Shown: positions 48,281 to 58,075 of the stretch, in pieces
How the letters are laid out: the number at the start of each line of letters is the position of its first letter
How positions within the stretch are numbered: position 1 is the first letter of the stretch
Origin: Candidatus Hydrogenedentota bacterium
GTDB lineage: Bacteria > Hydrogenedentota > Hydrogenedentia > Hydrogenedentales > SLHB01
NCBI GenBank assembly: GCA_963745075.1
Contig: CAVUWV010000014.1
Location: 160,001 to 224,000 of the forward strand
DNA length: 64,000 nucleotides
Reading direction: 5' to 3'
Position numbers and translations under genes: made by a program
The notes under the pieces: model-generated
Told to the model about the DNA's origin: nothing
The model's input: the letters and a program-made list of their open reading frames with translations, nothing else
Databases searched by the model: none

Positions 48281-49780
48281 TCAATTCATCGGGCGGCTGT
48301 GCCCTTCGGCCTTGTACCGGTCGAGTAAAGCGGTGAGCTGCGCGACGATCTCCGGGTGTTGCCCCCAGAGGTTTTGCTGCTCCTTGGGATCCTGGTCGAG
48401 ATCGAACAGTTGCCCCTGAGGTCCATCGTCCGCCGGTTCGGCAAAGACCGGCTTCGTGTTGCCCCCCGATCCCAATCCCAGTATGAGTTTCCATCGTCCT
48501 CGCCGAATCGCAAACATCCCCCGTCCGGAATGATGCACGACGGCCTCGCGGATTGAGTGCGCGAGGGGTTCGTTCAGCAACGCGGGAAGGATGTTATAAC
48601 TGTCTTCTCCGGCGTCGTTGGGGACACTCCAATCGGTTAACGCGGCGCACGTCGCAAGTAAATCCGTGAGGCAGACAATCTCATTGGTTCTTGTGCCGGG
48701 CGCAATCTTTCCGGGCCAGCGCGCGATCATCGGAACGCGATGGCCGCCGTCCCACACGTCGGACTTTTGACCGCGCCGGCCGTAATTGGCGAGATGGTCG
48801 AACTGCGCGATGTCCGTCGTCTTCCACCGGGCGCCGTTGTCGCTTGTGACGATCAGGAGCGTATTGTCGCTTAGTCCCGCCTCATCGAGGGCATTCACGA
48901 CTTGACCAACGCTTGCATCCACTTGGGTGACGAAGTCGCCGTACCACCCGGCCTTGCTCTTGCCATGGAATTCCTTGGTCGGCATCCACGGCAGGTGCGG
49001 CGCGGTGAGGGGGAAGTAAAGGAAAAAGGGTGACGGAGCCTGCGCTTGTTCTTCGATGTAGTCGACCGCCTTTTCGGTGATGCGCGGCAACACGTCCTCA
49101 TGGCGGAAACCCGGCGCCGCGGCCCCTTCGCGCCAGAACCCGGACCCGCCTTCGCGCCGCTGCTTGCCCGCCGACATCGTCTCGTTGGCCGGTGCGATGG
49201 GGTGATCGTTCTCAATGAAGACATAGGGCGGCATATCCAACGACGCGGCGATCCCGAAGAAATAATCGAAACCGAGATCCACCGGGCCCGGATGCAGGGG
49301 GTGGTCGTATTCGGTCGGTTCCTTGTCCCCAAGACCGAGATGCCATTTTCCGATACAGGCCGTGTGATACCCGCGCTGCTTTAACAGCGACGCAACGGTC
49401 AGACGGCCCGGCTCGATCAGGGCACGCGAATAGCCGTTCAGCACGCCTTGCTTTAGCCTCGACCGCCAACAGTACCGGCCCGTCAAGACTCCGTATCGCG
49501 TGGGCGTGCACACGGCCGATGGGGTGTGGCATTCGCTGAACGTAATCCCTTCCCCCGCGAGCCGGTCCATGACGGGCGTTGGAATTTTCGATTCCGGATT
49601 CGTACACGAGAGGTCCCCGTAGCCCATGTCGTCCGCCATGATGAAGACAATGTTAGGGTACTTTGTCGATTTCACTGCCGCGTCGCTCCTCAATCCAAAA
49701 ACCATGGGAGCCGATGCCGCCGCTGCCGCGTACAGAAACTCCCTCCGGCTCCACTCACGCATACGTGCTGTTACCCCCAT
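48281..49780 (-). CDS. Arylsulfatase (Cys-type, Tat signal)
   Basis: SRREFL; PNIVFIMADDMGYGD, CTPTR, GKWHLG, TSDNG. Confidence 0.93.
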   Translation of the reverse strand: MGVTARMREWSRREFLYAAAAASAPMVFGLRSDAAVKSTKYPNIVFIMADDMGYGDLSCTNPESKIPTPVMDRLAGEGITFSECHTPSAVCTPTRYGVLTGRYCWRSRLKQGVLNGYSRALIEPGRLTVASLLKQRGYHTACIGKWHLGLGDKEPTEYDHPLHPGPVDLGFDYFFGIAASLDMPPYVFIENDHPIAPANETMSAGKQRREGGSGFWREGAAAPGFRHEDVLPRITEKAVDYIEEQAQAPSPFFLYFPLTAPHLPWMPTKEFHGKSKAGWYGDFVTQVDASVGQVVNALDEAGLSDNTLLIVTSDNGARWKTTDIAQFDHLANYGRRGQKSDVWDGGHRVPMIARWPGKIAPGTRTNEIVCLTDLLATCAALTDWSVPNDAGEDSYNILPALLNEPLAHSIREAVVHHSGRGMFAIRRGRWKLILGLGSGGNTKPVFAEPADDGPQGQLFDLDQDPKEQQNLWGQHPEIVAQLTALLDRYKAEGHSRPMN

Positions 49781-49783
49781 GCG

Positions 49784-50200
49784 TTAATCGCCGGTTACCG
49801 TCACTACGATCCGGCGGTTGCGCGGTTTTACGTCGCATTCCAAGTGAAAGATCTGCTGCCAGGTGCCGAGTACCAGGCCGCCGTTGCGAATCGGAATCGT
49901 TACCGACGGCCCGGCGAGGCTCGCCTGCAAATGGCTGTGCCCGTTTCCGTCGTGCCACGTTTGCTCGTGGCCGTATCCGCGGCTGGGCGGGATCAACCGG
50001 TCCAGCATTTCCGGGTAGTCGCCTTGCAACCCCGGCTCGAACTCGATCGTTCCGATGGTCGCCGTGCTGCCGATATTGAAGACGTGCACGATCCCCGTCT
50101 GAATCCGAGAGCGTCCCACAATATCTTCCACCTGCGAGGTGATGTCATGGATCGCGCCATGCCCGCTGGTGCGTATCGATAAGTCTTCCTGATAGGTCAC
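49784..50200 (-). CDS. YjbQ / UPF0047 family protein
   Basis: HDGNGHSHL, LGTWQQI. Confidence 0.9.
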   Translation of the reverse strand: MTYQEDLSIRTSGHGAIHDITSQVEDIVGRSRIQTGIVHVFNIGSTATIGTIEFEPGLQGDYPEMLDRLIPPSRGYGHEQTWHDGNGHSHLQASLAGPSVTIPIRNGGLVLGTWQQIFHLECDVKPRNRRIVVTVTGD

Positions 50201-50406
50201 TGCATAAACTCCCGCACCTGACAGCGGTCCGCAATATCGAGCCGCTGAAAGATGTTTCCCCTAATACATCGTTCCGACTGATCCATTCAGCATAGGAGCC
50301 AGTTTGGTGCCAGTCAAGAGCAACTTGTTACTGGCCTCGATCATACGTACACTAACGCACTTTGTGGCATTTCCAATACTCGGCTTAACTCGGACCACCA
50401 AGGATC

Positions 50407-51177
50407 ATGAATCGACGCAGACCTTCCGATAGCAGCGGACAGATCGCCGTCGTCTTTCTCCATCCCGCGTGCAACATGACGTGCACCTTCTGCGGGACGG
50501 AGAATGACATCGATTCCATGACGCCGGAACAGGCCTGGACGCTGTTTGATCGGATCAAGGGCCGCGGCTTCGGTAACGTCGTGCTCGGAGGGGGAGAGCC
50601 GTTCGCGTGGCCGCATGACGTTGTTTCTGCGGCAGAGGATGCGAAAGCGAACGGACTTTTTGTCCAAGTGGGCACGAATGGCATCGGCCTCCCGGCGGAC
50701 TTCGAAGCCTTGGACTGCATCGACCGCTACGTGCTTCCGCTCGACGGAGCGGACGCAGAAGGCCACAACGCCGTACGCATCACGCGAAACGGTCATTATG
50801 AACTCATTGTGAAGCGGCTGGAGACGCTCCGGCGGGCAAGAAAGTCAGTAACCGTCTCCACCGTCGTTACGTCGAGAAACGCGAACGACCTGGATCGAAT
50901 TGGGTCCTTCCTCGCCACGTATCATGAGTGGGGTGGCCAACTGCACGCCTGGCACCTTTATAAATTCCTGCCCATCGGCCGGGGCGGGCGCGAAAACGCC
51001 GACACCTTGTCCATCCCGGACGCCGATTACAACGCCGCCTGCGCGGTGGTCAAAGGCCGCGATCTTGGTTTCCCCGTGTACAAGCGCCAGGACATGCGCC
51101 ACTCCCGTCATGTCGATTTCTTTTGGTACGAGGGGGGGGCGCTCCGGATCGGTAGCGAGGTCTGGGAGTCTGCGTAA
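50407..51177 (+). CDS. Radical SAM protein (no SPASM domain)
   Basis: CNMTCTFC, GGGEP, TNG. Confidence 0.88.
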   Translation: MNRRRPSDSSGQIAVVFLHPACNMTCTFCGTENDIDSMTPEQAWTLFDRIKGRGFGNVVLGGGEPFAWPHDVVSAAEDAKANGLFVQVGTNGIGLPADFEALDCIDRYVLPLDGADAEGHNAVRITRNGHYELIVKRLETLRRARKSVTVSTVVTSRNANDLDRIGSFLATYHEWGGQLHAWHLYKFLPIGRGGRENADTLSIPDADYNAACAVVKGRDLGFPVYKRQDMRHSRHVDFFWYEGGALRIGSEVWESA

Positions 51178-51220
51178 CTGTCTTTATAAATTACACTTAG
51201 ATATGACTAGGGTATTTTTC

Positions 51221-51249
51221 TTGCAAATTGTATCAATGTATGATACAGT
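51221..51249 (+). promoter_or_regulatory. Sigma70 promoter overlapped by GntR/YtrA-type palindromic operator
   Basis: TTGCAA-N17-TACAGT; TGTATCA-N5-TGATACA at 51229-51247. Confidence 0.7.
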
Positions 51250-51256
51250 AATTGCA

Positions 51257-51655
51257 ATGATTGCCATCGACCTCGATAGTCCCGTTCCCCTGGAGGAACA
51301 AGTCACCCAGGAGATTCGCGGCGCGCTCGCACGCGGCGACATCGCGTCCGGCGACGGTTTGCCCTCGGTCCGGCAATTGGCCGGGGACCTCGGGATCCAC
51401 TGGAACACGGTCGCCCGCGCCTACCGTCGCTTGCGTGACGAGGGACTCCTGGTAGTCGGCCGGGGACGCGGGGTGTACGTCAAAGATACGGCTCGCGATA
51501 CAGTCGTTCCGAGCCCGGAACGCCGGAAGAAAGTGTGCACCATCGTGCGCGACGCCGTGACCGAAGCGCGGCTCGCGGGGCTCGATTTGGATTCGTTCAA
51601 AGAACTCGTGGCTGACGAGATTCAGTTCTGGGAAGAGGGGAGGGCCAATCCATGA
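51257..51655 (+). CDS. GntR family (YtrA subfamily) transcriptional regulator
   Basis: LPSVRQLA.DLGI..NTVARAY..L..EG, GRGVYV; short C-terminus. Confidence 0.92.
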   Translation: MIAIDLDSPVPLEEQVTQEIRGALARGDIASGDGLPSVRQLAGDLGIHWNTVARAYRRLRDEGLLVVGRGRGVYVKDTARDTVVPSPERRKKVCTIVRDAVTEARLAGLDLDSFKELVADEIQFWEEGRANP

Positions 51656-52534
51656 CCGGGATCTTCATGACTGTGTTTTTGATCTCCGCCGTCGCATTTC
51701 ATCTGCCCATCGCGCTCTGGTGGCAACGGCGGATGCTCTACCGCGTGGACGAACCGACGCGGCGCAGGGTTGCCGACGCCCTGCGTGCGCGGTGGCGGCG
51801 CTTCTACTTCGCCTATGGTTTCGCATTCGTCGGTGTCTTGGCGTGGCTCGCTTCGGATTGGTCCGAGATCGTATCGGGCCAGCGCAACGGCATCGTGGTC
51901 GGCGTGGCGCTGACCGTATTCCACGGCGTCTGGTGGCCCTTCCTCGCGCCGATCATCCAAGGACTCGAACAAGCCTTGCGCGAACAGGGCGTGCTCGCGA
52001 CCGGGCGTCCCGTCGAGTCCGGTCCGTGTCGCCACATTAAAGCCGCGCCGGGTTCGCGATTACCTGCCCGGCTGGAGTACGCCGGTCGAGATCGCGCTTT
52101 TGGCTGTCGGTGCCATCGTGCTCGGCTCACGATACCTGATGGCCGGTCAACTGGAGCCGCGACTGGTCATGGGCGCGGGCATCTTTGCGTTGACGGGACT
52201 CGTCATCGTCCTCGGCTACGGATTCTGGATACGCACGGAGACCCAACAGTCCTATGCCATGTTCAACGAAACCGCCACCGAGGAAGACATCGACGCCCAC
52301 CGCCGCTTTCGGGTCCGCCTGGTCTACGCCGGTCAATTGATCATGGCCGCCACGTTCTTCGCCGCCGCGGGTTTGTTCATCGAAGTCGGCCACGGCACCA
52401 TCACCGAATCATTGGCCGGTCTCATCGGCGGATCGCTTGGCGCGGTCGTCGGCCTGGCGGGCGGCGCCGCCGGTACCATCGCCAGCCTCCGCGCCGCCAA
52501 ACTGCAACGGACAAGACAATACCGCGAACCGTAA
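51652..52534 (+). pseudogene. YtrA-associated membrane protein with one +1 frameshift at ~52003-52011 (possible sequencing error)
   Basis: Three TMs, then a shifted frame gives SPVRVATLKPRRVRDYLP plus four more TMs to TAA 52534. Confidence 0.7.
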
Positions 52535-52596
52535 CCGGTGAGGGGCACGGATGACGTGCGATATCGCGTTCGTGACGATTATCCAAGATCAGAAAA

Positions 52597-52756
52597 GAAC
52601 ATCCCCCTTGATCCCCCTTCAAAGGGGGAGTTTCCCATCCACGTTTATCGGCGAGCATGCTCTGTTCTTCCTGCGAACCGGATTTGCGGCATCCCAACAG
52701 CGCAACGCAAAGCGTTGCGATCGTTTCCCCCTTTGAAGGGGGATCGAGGGGGATGT
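52597..52756. mobile_element. ~160-bp MITE/REP-like element, copy 2
   Basis: Same inverted ends as 37985-38147 and shared internal palindrome CAACGC.A.GCGTTGCGAT. Confidence 0.7.
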
Positions 52757-52829
52757 GAAATTCGTGAGGACACTATCGCAGCGGGAATCGCGTCTCCGGC
52801 ACCAATCCATCGCCCAGTATGATGACTTG

Positions 52830-53153
52830 TCAGTCATCGCCCGGCGGACGCCGGAGGGACTTCTTCTGTCCTTGCTTCTTCTTCTCCTCGATACGCCGGG
52901 CGCGGGCCGCACGCGACGGTTTTGTGCCGACGCGCCGCTTCGGACGCCGCCTGCGCGCGATGATGCGGCGCTCCAACTCGGCCAATGCTTCGGCTTTGTT
53001 CCGGTGCTGCGACCGCGACGCCGTCGCGACGACCACAATCCCCGTCGGCTTGTGCCGCACCCGCACAGAGGACTCGGTGACGTTCTTCTTCTGTCCACCG
53101 GGACCGCTGCTCTTAAAGAAGGTGATCTCGATTTCGTCTTCGGGTATGGGCAT
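52830..53153 (-). CDS. Short ArfB-like peptidyl-tRNA hydrolase (RF-1 GGQ domain)
   Basis: SSGPGGQ..N, RSQ..NK, basic tail TKPS.A....R...KK...KK..R. Confidence 0.85.
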   Translation of the reverse strand: MPIPEDEIEITFFKSSGPGGQKKNVTESSVRVRHKPTGIVVVATASRSQHRNKAEALAELERRIIARRRRPKRRVGTKPSRAARARRIEEKKKQGQKKSLRRPPGDD

Positions 53154-53200
53154 AAAAGGTATCAGCAAAGTTTGGGCGGTGGGCAAAGCGCAACAATTCG

Positions 53201-54490
53201 TCAAATCCTTCTCAATAGGCTCGAAACGGCCCACGGGGTCCCGACACGATGGTGTCCGGTGAGGGTCCATTTCCTGACGGTAGGTCCACCCATCAAGTAT
53301 ACATACAGGGTTATGCCGAACGCCGTCGCGAGGGCGATATTAAACGAGAAACCAATCAGGGTCAAAACGCTATACACAAGCGGGCCCATGAATGGTGCGA
53401 TCAGCGGCGTCACAAAAACGTGATCGTACTTCGGAATAATTAGACGCCCTGTGGCAATGCGTCCGAAAGGCGTAATCGGGCTACGAAGCATGCCGCAGTA
53501 AGCGAGCAATCGCACGATCGTGCAAATGAAAGAGTACAAAAGAAGGACACCAACACCCGCAGCCTGGCTTTCGATATCCTCCGCGCTCGGTAGCAGCAAA
53601 AGCACAGCGAGTGTCCATGCGAACATAAGAGAAGATACTGCGGCCGCTATTCGGCCAAGCGATGATCGTGGAGTATTGTGTGGAGCCAACGCTGCGAGCG
53701 GCCAGCCAATCGTGTCGGGGTCTCCACCGAAGATGGTACGGCCTGTGTTGCGGTTACCGCCTGCGCCCATGTTCGGATTTGCTTGTCGTGCCGATGCATA
53801 TGGTCCAGATGACGGAAAGCCACAGGCAAGAAGCAATCGAACTGAGTTTAAGGTTTGTTGAGATGGGAGAGATTCATCGACGCTGGTCGGGTCCAGTGTC
53901 CGTACGAGCGATCTTCTCGATAGCGCGAATAGCAGGAGTTCGACAACGAACACCGGCAATGACCAACTCCAAAAACCCACGACGATGGCCAATCCGAAAC
54001 AGACAATCCACGTTACGAAGTATTGTCTTCCCTTAAGTAGGCAGATGGCCGTTATTGCGAGGTAGCCGCCCAAGAATGTTGCCGCCCCGGTCAGAACGTC
54101 CAAGTACGGAGACAAGAAGAACAAAAGAGAAAACAGTACGACAAATACGGCGTCGCGCCAGTCGAGCTCGACCGGACCCAAGGGCAACGGTTGGGTCGTA
54201 TCATAAGGCGTAGCCGCCAACCACGAACGGTAGTCCTCATCGAAGTAGGGGTGGAACGAGATTACCCGGTGCGTCCCATAAAGCAGCATCGCAATCAATA
54301 GAGTCGCAATGGCTGCAATTGAAATGTGTGTAGCACGCTCTGCAACAAACTCCGGTGAAAAGTAGATCGCTCTATCGGTCAGTTCATGCAACACCACGAC
54401 TTGCGAGACGGCTAGGAAGCTAAATGGAGCGGCTACGGCAAGCCAGTAGATGAAATTTCGCGGCCACAGTTCGAAAAACTTCCGGATCAT
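53201..54490 (-). CDS. Multi-pass membrane protein, paralog 3
   Basis: ~10 TMs; FHP...WL..TPY...PLPLGP, GWPLA, GRLIIP.YD motifs; ATGA-coupled to ATPase. Confidence 0.75.
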   Translation of the reverse strand: MIRKFFELWPRNFIYWLAVAAPFSFLAVSQVVVLHELTDRAIYFSPEFVAERATHISIAAIATLLIAMLLYGTHRVISFHPYFDEDYRSWLAATPYDTTQPLPLGPVELDWRDAVFVVLFSLLFFLSPYLDVLTGAATFLGGYLAITAICLLKGRQYFVTWIVCFGLAIVVGFWSWSLPVFVVELLLFALSRRSLVRTLDPTSVDESLPSQQTLNSVRLLLACGFPSSGPYASARQANPNMGAGGNRNTGRTIFGGDPDTIGWPLAALAPHNTPRSSLGRIAAAVSSLMFAWTLAVLLLLPSAEDIESQAAGVGVLLLYSFICTIVRLLAYCGMLRSPITPFGRIATGRLIIPKYDHVFVTPLIAPFMGPLVYSVLTLIGFSFNIALATAFGITLYVYLMGGPTVRKWTLTGHHRVGTPWAVSSLLRRI

Positions 54491-55266
54491 TTCTGCTGCG
54501 CCTCCAGATACCGGTCGATGTTGGCCAGGGTGTCGGCATGCATGAAGTGGGCGAGGATGTCCTGAAGGTCGCCGGTGGCGGAGGTCATGGTACGGAGACC
54601 CTCGATGGTGTCGCAGGCGACAAGTTCGCCGTCGCGGAGGATGGCAATGCGGTGGGCCACTTCCTGCACGATTTCGGGGACGGGCGTCGTCATGAGGACG
54701 GTGATATCGCGGCGTTCGGCGAGGCGTTGCATGACCCGTTTCAAGGCGAGCAGCGCGGCGGGGTCGAGGCCGCCGGAGAACGGTTCGTCCAACAAAAGTA
54801 CCGGCGCGTCGCTGATCAGCGCGGAACAGATGGAAATCTTCTTCTGCTGCCCGGTCGAGTAGGAACTAATGGGCGCGTCTCCGTGTTCGTCGAGGTCGAA
54901 CAAAGCGAGCAACCGGTCGATGTGATCGAAGAGCCGGTCGTAGTCGACACTGTACAGACGCCCGACCGCGAGCAGGAATTCGCGGCCCGTCTTCTGTACC
55001 GGTAGCCACGGATGGTCCGGCAAGTAGAACACCTTGCGGCGGATGGCGAGTTCGGCGTCCTCGGAACTGCGGCGGCGCAGCCCGTCGATCTCGACGTAGC
55101 CCTTCTGCGGCGCCAAGGCCCCGGCGATGGACGCCAAGAGCGTGCTCTTGCCCATGCCGTTGGGCCCCATCAACGCCACGAACTCGCCCGTCTCGATGTC
55201 CAGGTCGATGTTCCGCAGCACGGGACGCACCCCGTAATGCTGGGTCAGGTTTACGGCCTTGATCAT
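54487..55266 (-). CDS. ABC transporter ATP-binding protein
   Basis: GPNGMGKST, YSTGQQKK, LLLDEP. Confidence 0.92.
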   Translation of the reverse strand: MIKAVNLTQHYGVRPVLRNIDLDIETGEFVALMGPNGMGKSTLLASIAGALAPQKGYVEIDGLRRRSSEDAELAIRRKVFYLPDHPWLPVQKTGREFLLAVGRLYSVDYDRLFDHIDRLLALFDLDEHGDAPISSYSTGQQKKISICSALISDAPVLLLDEPFSGGLDPAALLALKRVMQRLAERRDITVLMTTPVPEIVQEVAHRIAILRDGELVACDTIEGLRTMTSATGDLQDILAHFMHADTLANIDRYLEAQQK

Positions 55267-55329
55267 GTTCCGTGAGTCGATTCTACGGCTGACTCCCAGT
55301 TGCCGAGGCGTACGATCGTGCGATCTTTA

Positions 55330-56618
55330 TCAAAACCGCTGCATATACCCCCGGGCACCAAGCGCGCCGGTCAGGCGATAGTGGCCCGTGAGAATCCAGT
55401 TCCGAAGCGTCGGTGGACCGGCAATCATATTGAGAGTGCAAGCAAACACCGTGATGCCCACGGCCCACGCAATGGACAGTCCCATATTCTCAAGTAGAAC
55501 CGTGCCGCACAGGCCAACCAACGGCAATAGGCAAGGTGTTACAAGAACCCGGTCGAAACCCCAGCGGATTGGCTTTCCGCCGAGTATACGACCCAATACG
55601 CTGATGTGTGGCCACGAACAGGACACGTAGAGTAGGGTCCGCACCAGCGCGAGTATCGACGCGAAAAGAAAGACGCCCAGTTCGGGTCTGAACGGGCCGA
55701 GATGGGAAAACCAGTGGACCGGGACGTGAACGAGAATGGCGACGATCCATAGCGACATCACGGAGCCGACAGCCATGGCCGCTCGAGGGGACTGGAACGT
55801 GTCGTCAATGCTCACAGGACCCAAGATCGCCAGCGGCCAGCCGACTTCGAGCCCGTAATCGAATGGCAGCAGGTTGGCCTCGCGGTTGGCGGGATTGATC
55901 GAACGCGCGTACTCGACGCGCTGCCGCCGCTGCGCCGCAGTCTTCATCTTCTCGCTCCTGAGTCCAATGATGCGTAGCGATCGGAAAGCAGACTCCGCAC
56001 GGGTGGATATGCCGGTCAGGACATCGGGTCGTATGGAGGTTCGAATAGTCGAGCTGAAAGCGCATAGACTCCCACCAGTAATGCGGATGATAGGAGCGGA
56101 CGGTTCATAAATGCGACGCTTGCGGCGAGCGCAATACCAATCAGCCACGCTGCGCGATACATACCAAGCGGGTAGAAGATGTAGTCCATCGTGGCCAGGT
56201 ATCCAAAGAGAAAGAGCAATACGCCGGCGTAGAGCGGAACCCATTCGCTGCCCAGAAGAAGAAAGGAGATAGTAATGACAAACACCCCGTCTCGCCACGC
56301 GATGAGTAGGGGCCCCTTAGGCAGCCGTTCTACCGAGTATGGGGTATGCACGAGCCATTCGCGATACCGTTTGCTCGTGCCCGGATGAAATTGTAGTGCG
56401 CGATAGAAACCGAAATACCCGAGGATCAGTAGGGCGGTGCCAACCGGGAAGACCAAAACGGGTTGCCGTACATCCCGAGGAACGCCCCATTCCTCGTGCA
56501 AAATCCCGAGAGAAGCCGCGATACCAAGTGTCGCGCAAAGCCAGAACCGCCAGCCCTTCGGCCACGTTTCAACGAACCAACGGAGCTGTCTTCGCAGCCG
56601 TGTGCGTCTCGCGTTCAT
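55330..56618 (-). pseudogene. Multi-pass membrane protein, paralog 2, frameshift at ~56046-56050
   Basis: N-half (FHP..WL..TPY..KGP) and C-half (GWPLA, W.LTGHYR) lie in different frames. Confidence 0.7.
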
Positions 56619-56654
56619 TCGCCTGTACTTCTTCCGTTATTCATTTAAGCGCCA

Positions 56655-58019
56655 TTACCCGGTAGGTAGCTCCTCTTGATCCAGCGATTGCTGCCCCCGG
56701 CTGAACTCCACTCGATACCGTCCCCGGAGTATCCAAGGCCTCGGCCGAGGGGGACTATAGAAAACCAGATACCAACAAGCGGCAAGGGATATGCTCAAAC
56801 CCAGCGCTACGCTCGCACCGACGAGTTGGAGTGCGGGCATGAGAATCCACGGCAATACGACCGCGAGCACTGTAAACACGAAGAGCTTATCGTATCCGGG
56901 GATGATAAGCCTGCCGGTACCGAAACGGCCGAGGAAGCTGAGTGGCGGTTTGGTGATTGGGATATATCGGTTAAGCACCAACGCCCCGACGACGGCCGCT
57001 CCGCCGCTCAGCAGGGCCGGCGGCAACCATGGCAGGTCTGCAATCAATGACCAGTCGAAATGATGCGACAGCGCGAATCCCCATAGTCCTACCAGAAACG
57101 TATTGGCAATGCGGTGGGTCAGGGGTGTGTCATCTGGCAGGATACAGGGACCGAGAATTGCCAAAGGCCAGCCGACGTTGGACGTATCGCGAGGATCGGT
57201 GTCGCTCTTCGGTACCTCATCCGCGTCCACGCGTCGCCGAACTCGGCGAGAAACGCCTGCAAATACTGACGCAGGTTCCGCGGCGTATTGCCCTGTTTCT
57301 TTCATGTCCTGATAGAGAAGGTAGGCGTCTTCCAGATCCGGATCGCTGACTATCGCATCGATTGCCGGTCTGCGGAGGGATAGTTGCAAGAGCACCCGCA
57401 CCAATACGTAGAGTCCCAATATCAGAATTCCTGCCAGCCATGTAATGTGCACGATGGCGACCACCAGACCCAACAAGCCGATAATTACGCGTGCCCAGTT
57501 CTCGGAAATGGCGGTTTGCACCACGCCGATGGACAGCACGATGTACCCGGCGAGTACGATTATCGCCGCGCCATACCACGGCACCCAAGGCGTGAAGCGC
57601 GTGCACAGCGAAACGAGTACGAGGAACGGGAGGTCCCAGCCACCGAGATAAACCGGACCCAGCGGCAACGGTTGCTTGCCCGTGTAGGGTGTCAGCGAAA
57701 GCCATGCAAGGTAGGGGCCGTGAAAGCCCGGGTGGAACGCATAGATCCGGCGCGTCCCATAGAAGAATGCGGCAATGATCACGAAGGCTGTGGCCCAGCG
57801 GCTGTCCACGGACGACGGTAGACGGACGATTTCCGGCCAGATTTCCGACGGGCCAAGATAGTACACTTCTGAAAAGATCGTGGCTTTGCGCAGCACCGCA
57901 AAGGTGCCGACGATGAGCAGGACTCCCCAGTAGTACATCGATCCCGGCCACAGCTCGAAAACTTTCCGCAGCACGAAACGTGGCCCGTAATACCGGGTCA
58001 GGTGGAGGACTTTGATCAT
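56655..58019 (-). CDS. Multi-pass membrane protein, paralog 1 (5' end similar to ABC ATPase start)
   Basis: Same motifs as paralogs 2 and 3; first 18 codons resemble the ATPase start. Confidence 0.75.
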   Translation of the reverse strand: MIKVLHLTRYYGPRFVLRKVFELWPGSMYYWGVLLIVGTFAVLRKATIFSEVYYLGPSEIWPEIVRLPSSVDSRWATAFVIIAAFFYGTRRIYAFHPGFHGPYLAWLSLTPYTGKQPLPLGPVYLGGWDLPFLVLVSLCTRFTPWVPWYGAAIIVLAGYIVLSIGVVQTAISENWARVIIGLLGLVVAIVHITWLAGILILGLYVLVRVLLQLSLRRPAIDAIVSDPDLEDAYLLYQDMKETGQYAAEPASVFAGVSRRVRRRVDADEVPKSDTDPRDTSNVGWPLAILGPCILPDDTPLTHRIANTFLVGLWGFALSHHFDWSLIADLPWLPPALLSGGAAVVGALVLNRYIPITKPPLSFLGRFGTGRLIIPGYDKLFVFTVLAVVLPWILMPALQLVGASVALGLSISLAACWYLVFYSPPRPRPWILRGRYRVEFSRGQQSLDQEELPTG

Positions 58020-58075
58020 GTACCACTACCCCCTGTAACGGTTGAAACCAGCCTAGGCGAGGCAGAGGCGGGAAT

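Noticed and set aside
48281..51177. Radical SAM protein as anaerobic sulfatase maturase
   Set aside because: Too short and lacks the Cys-rich SPASM domain
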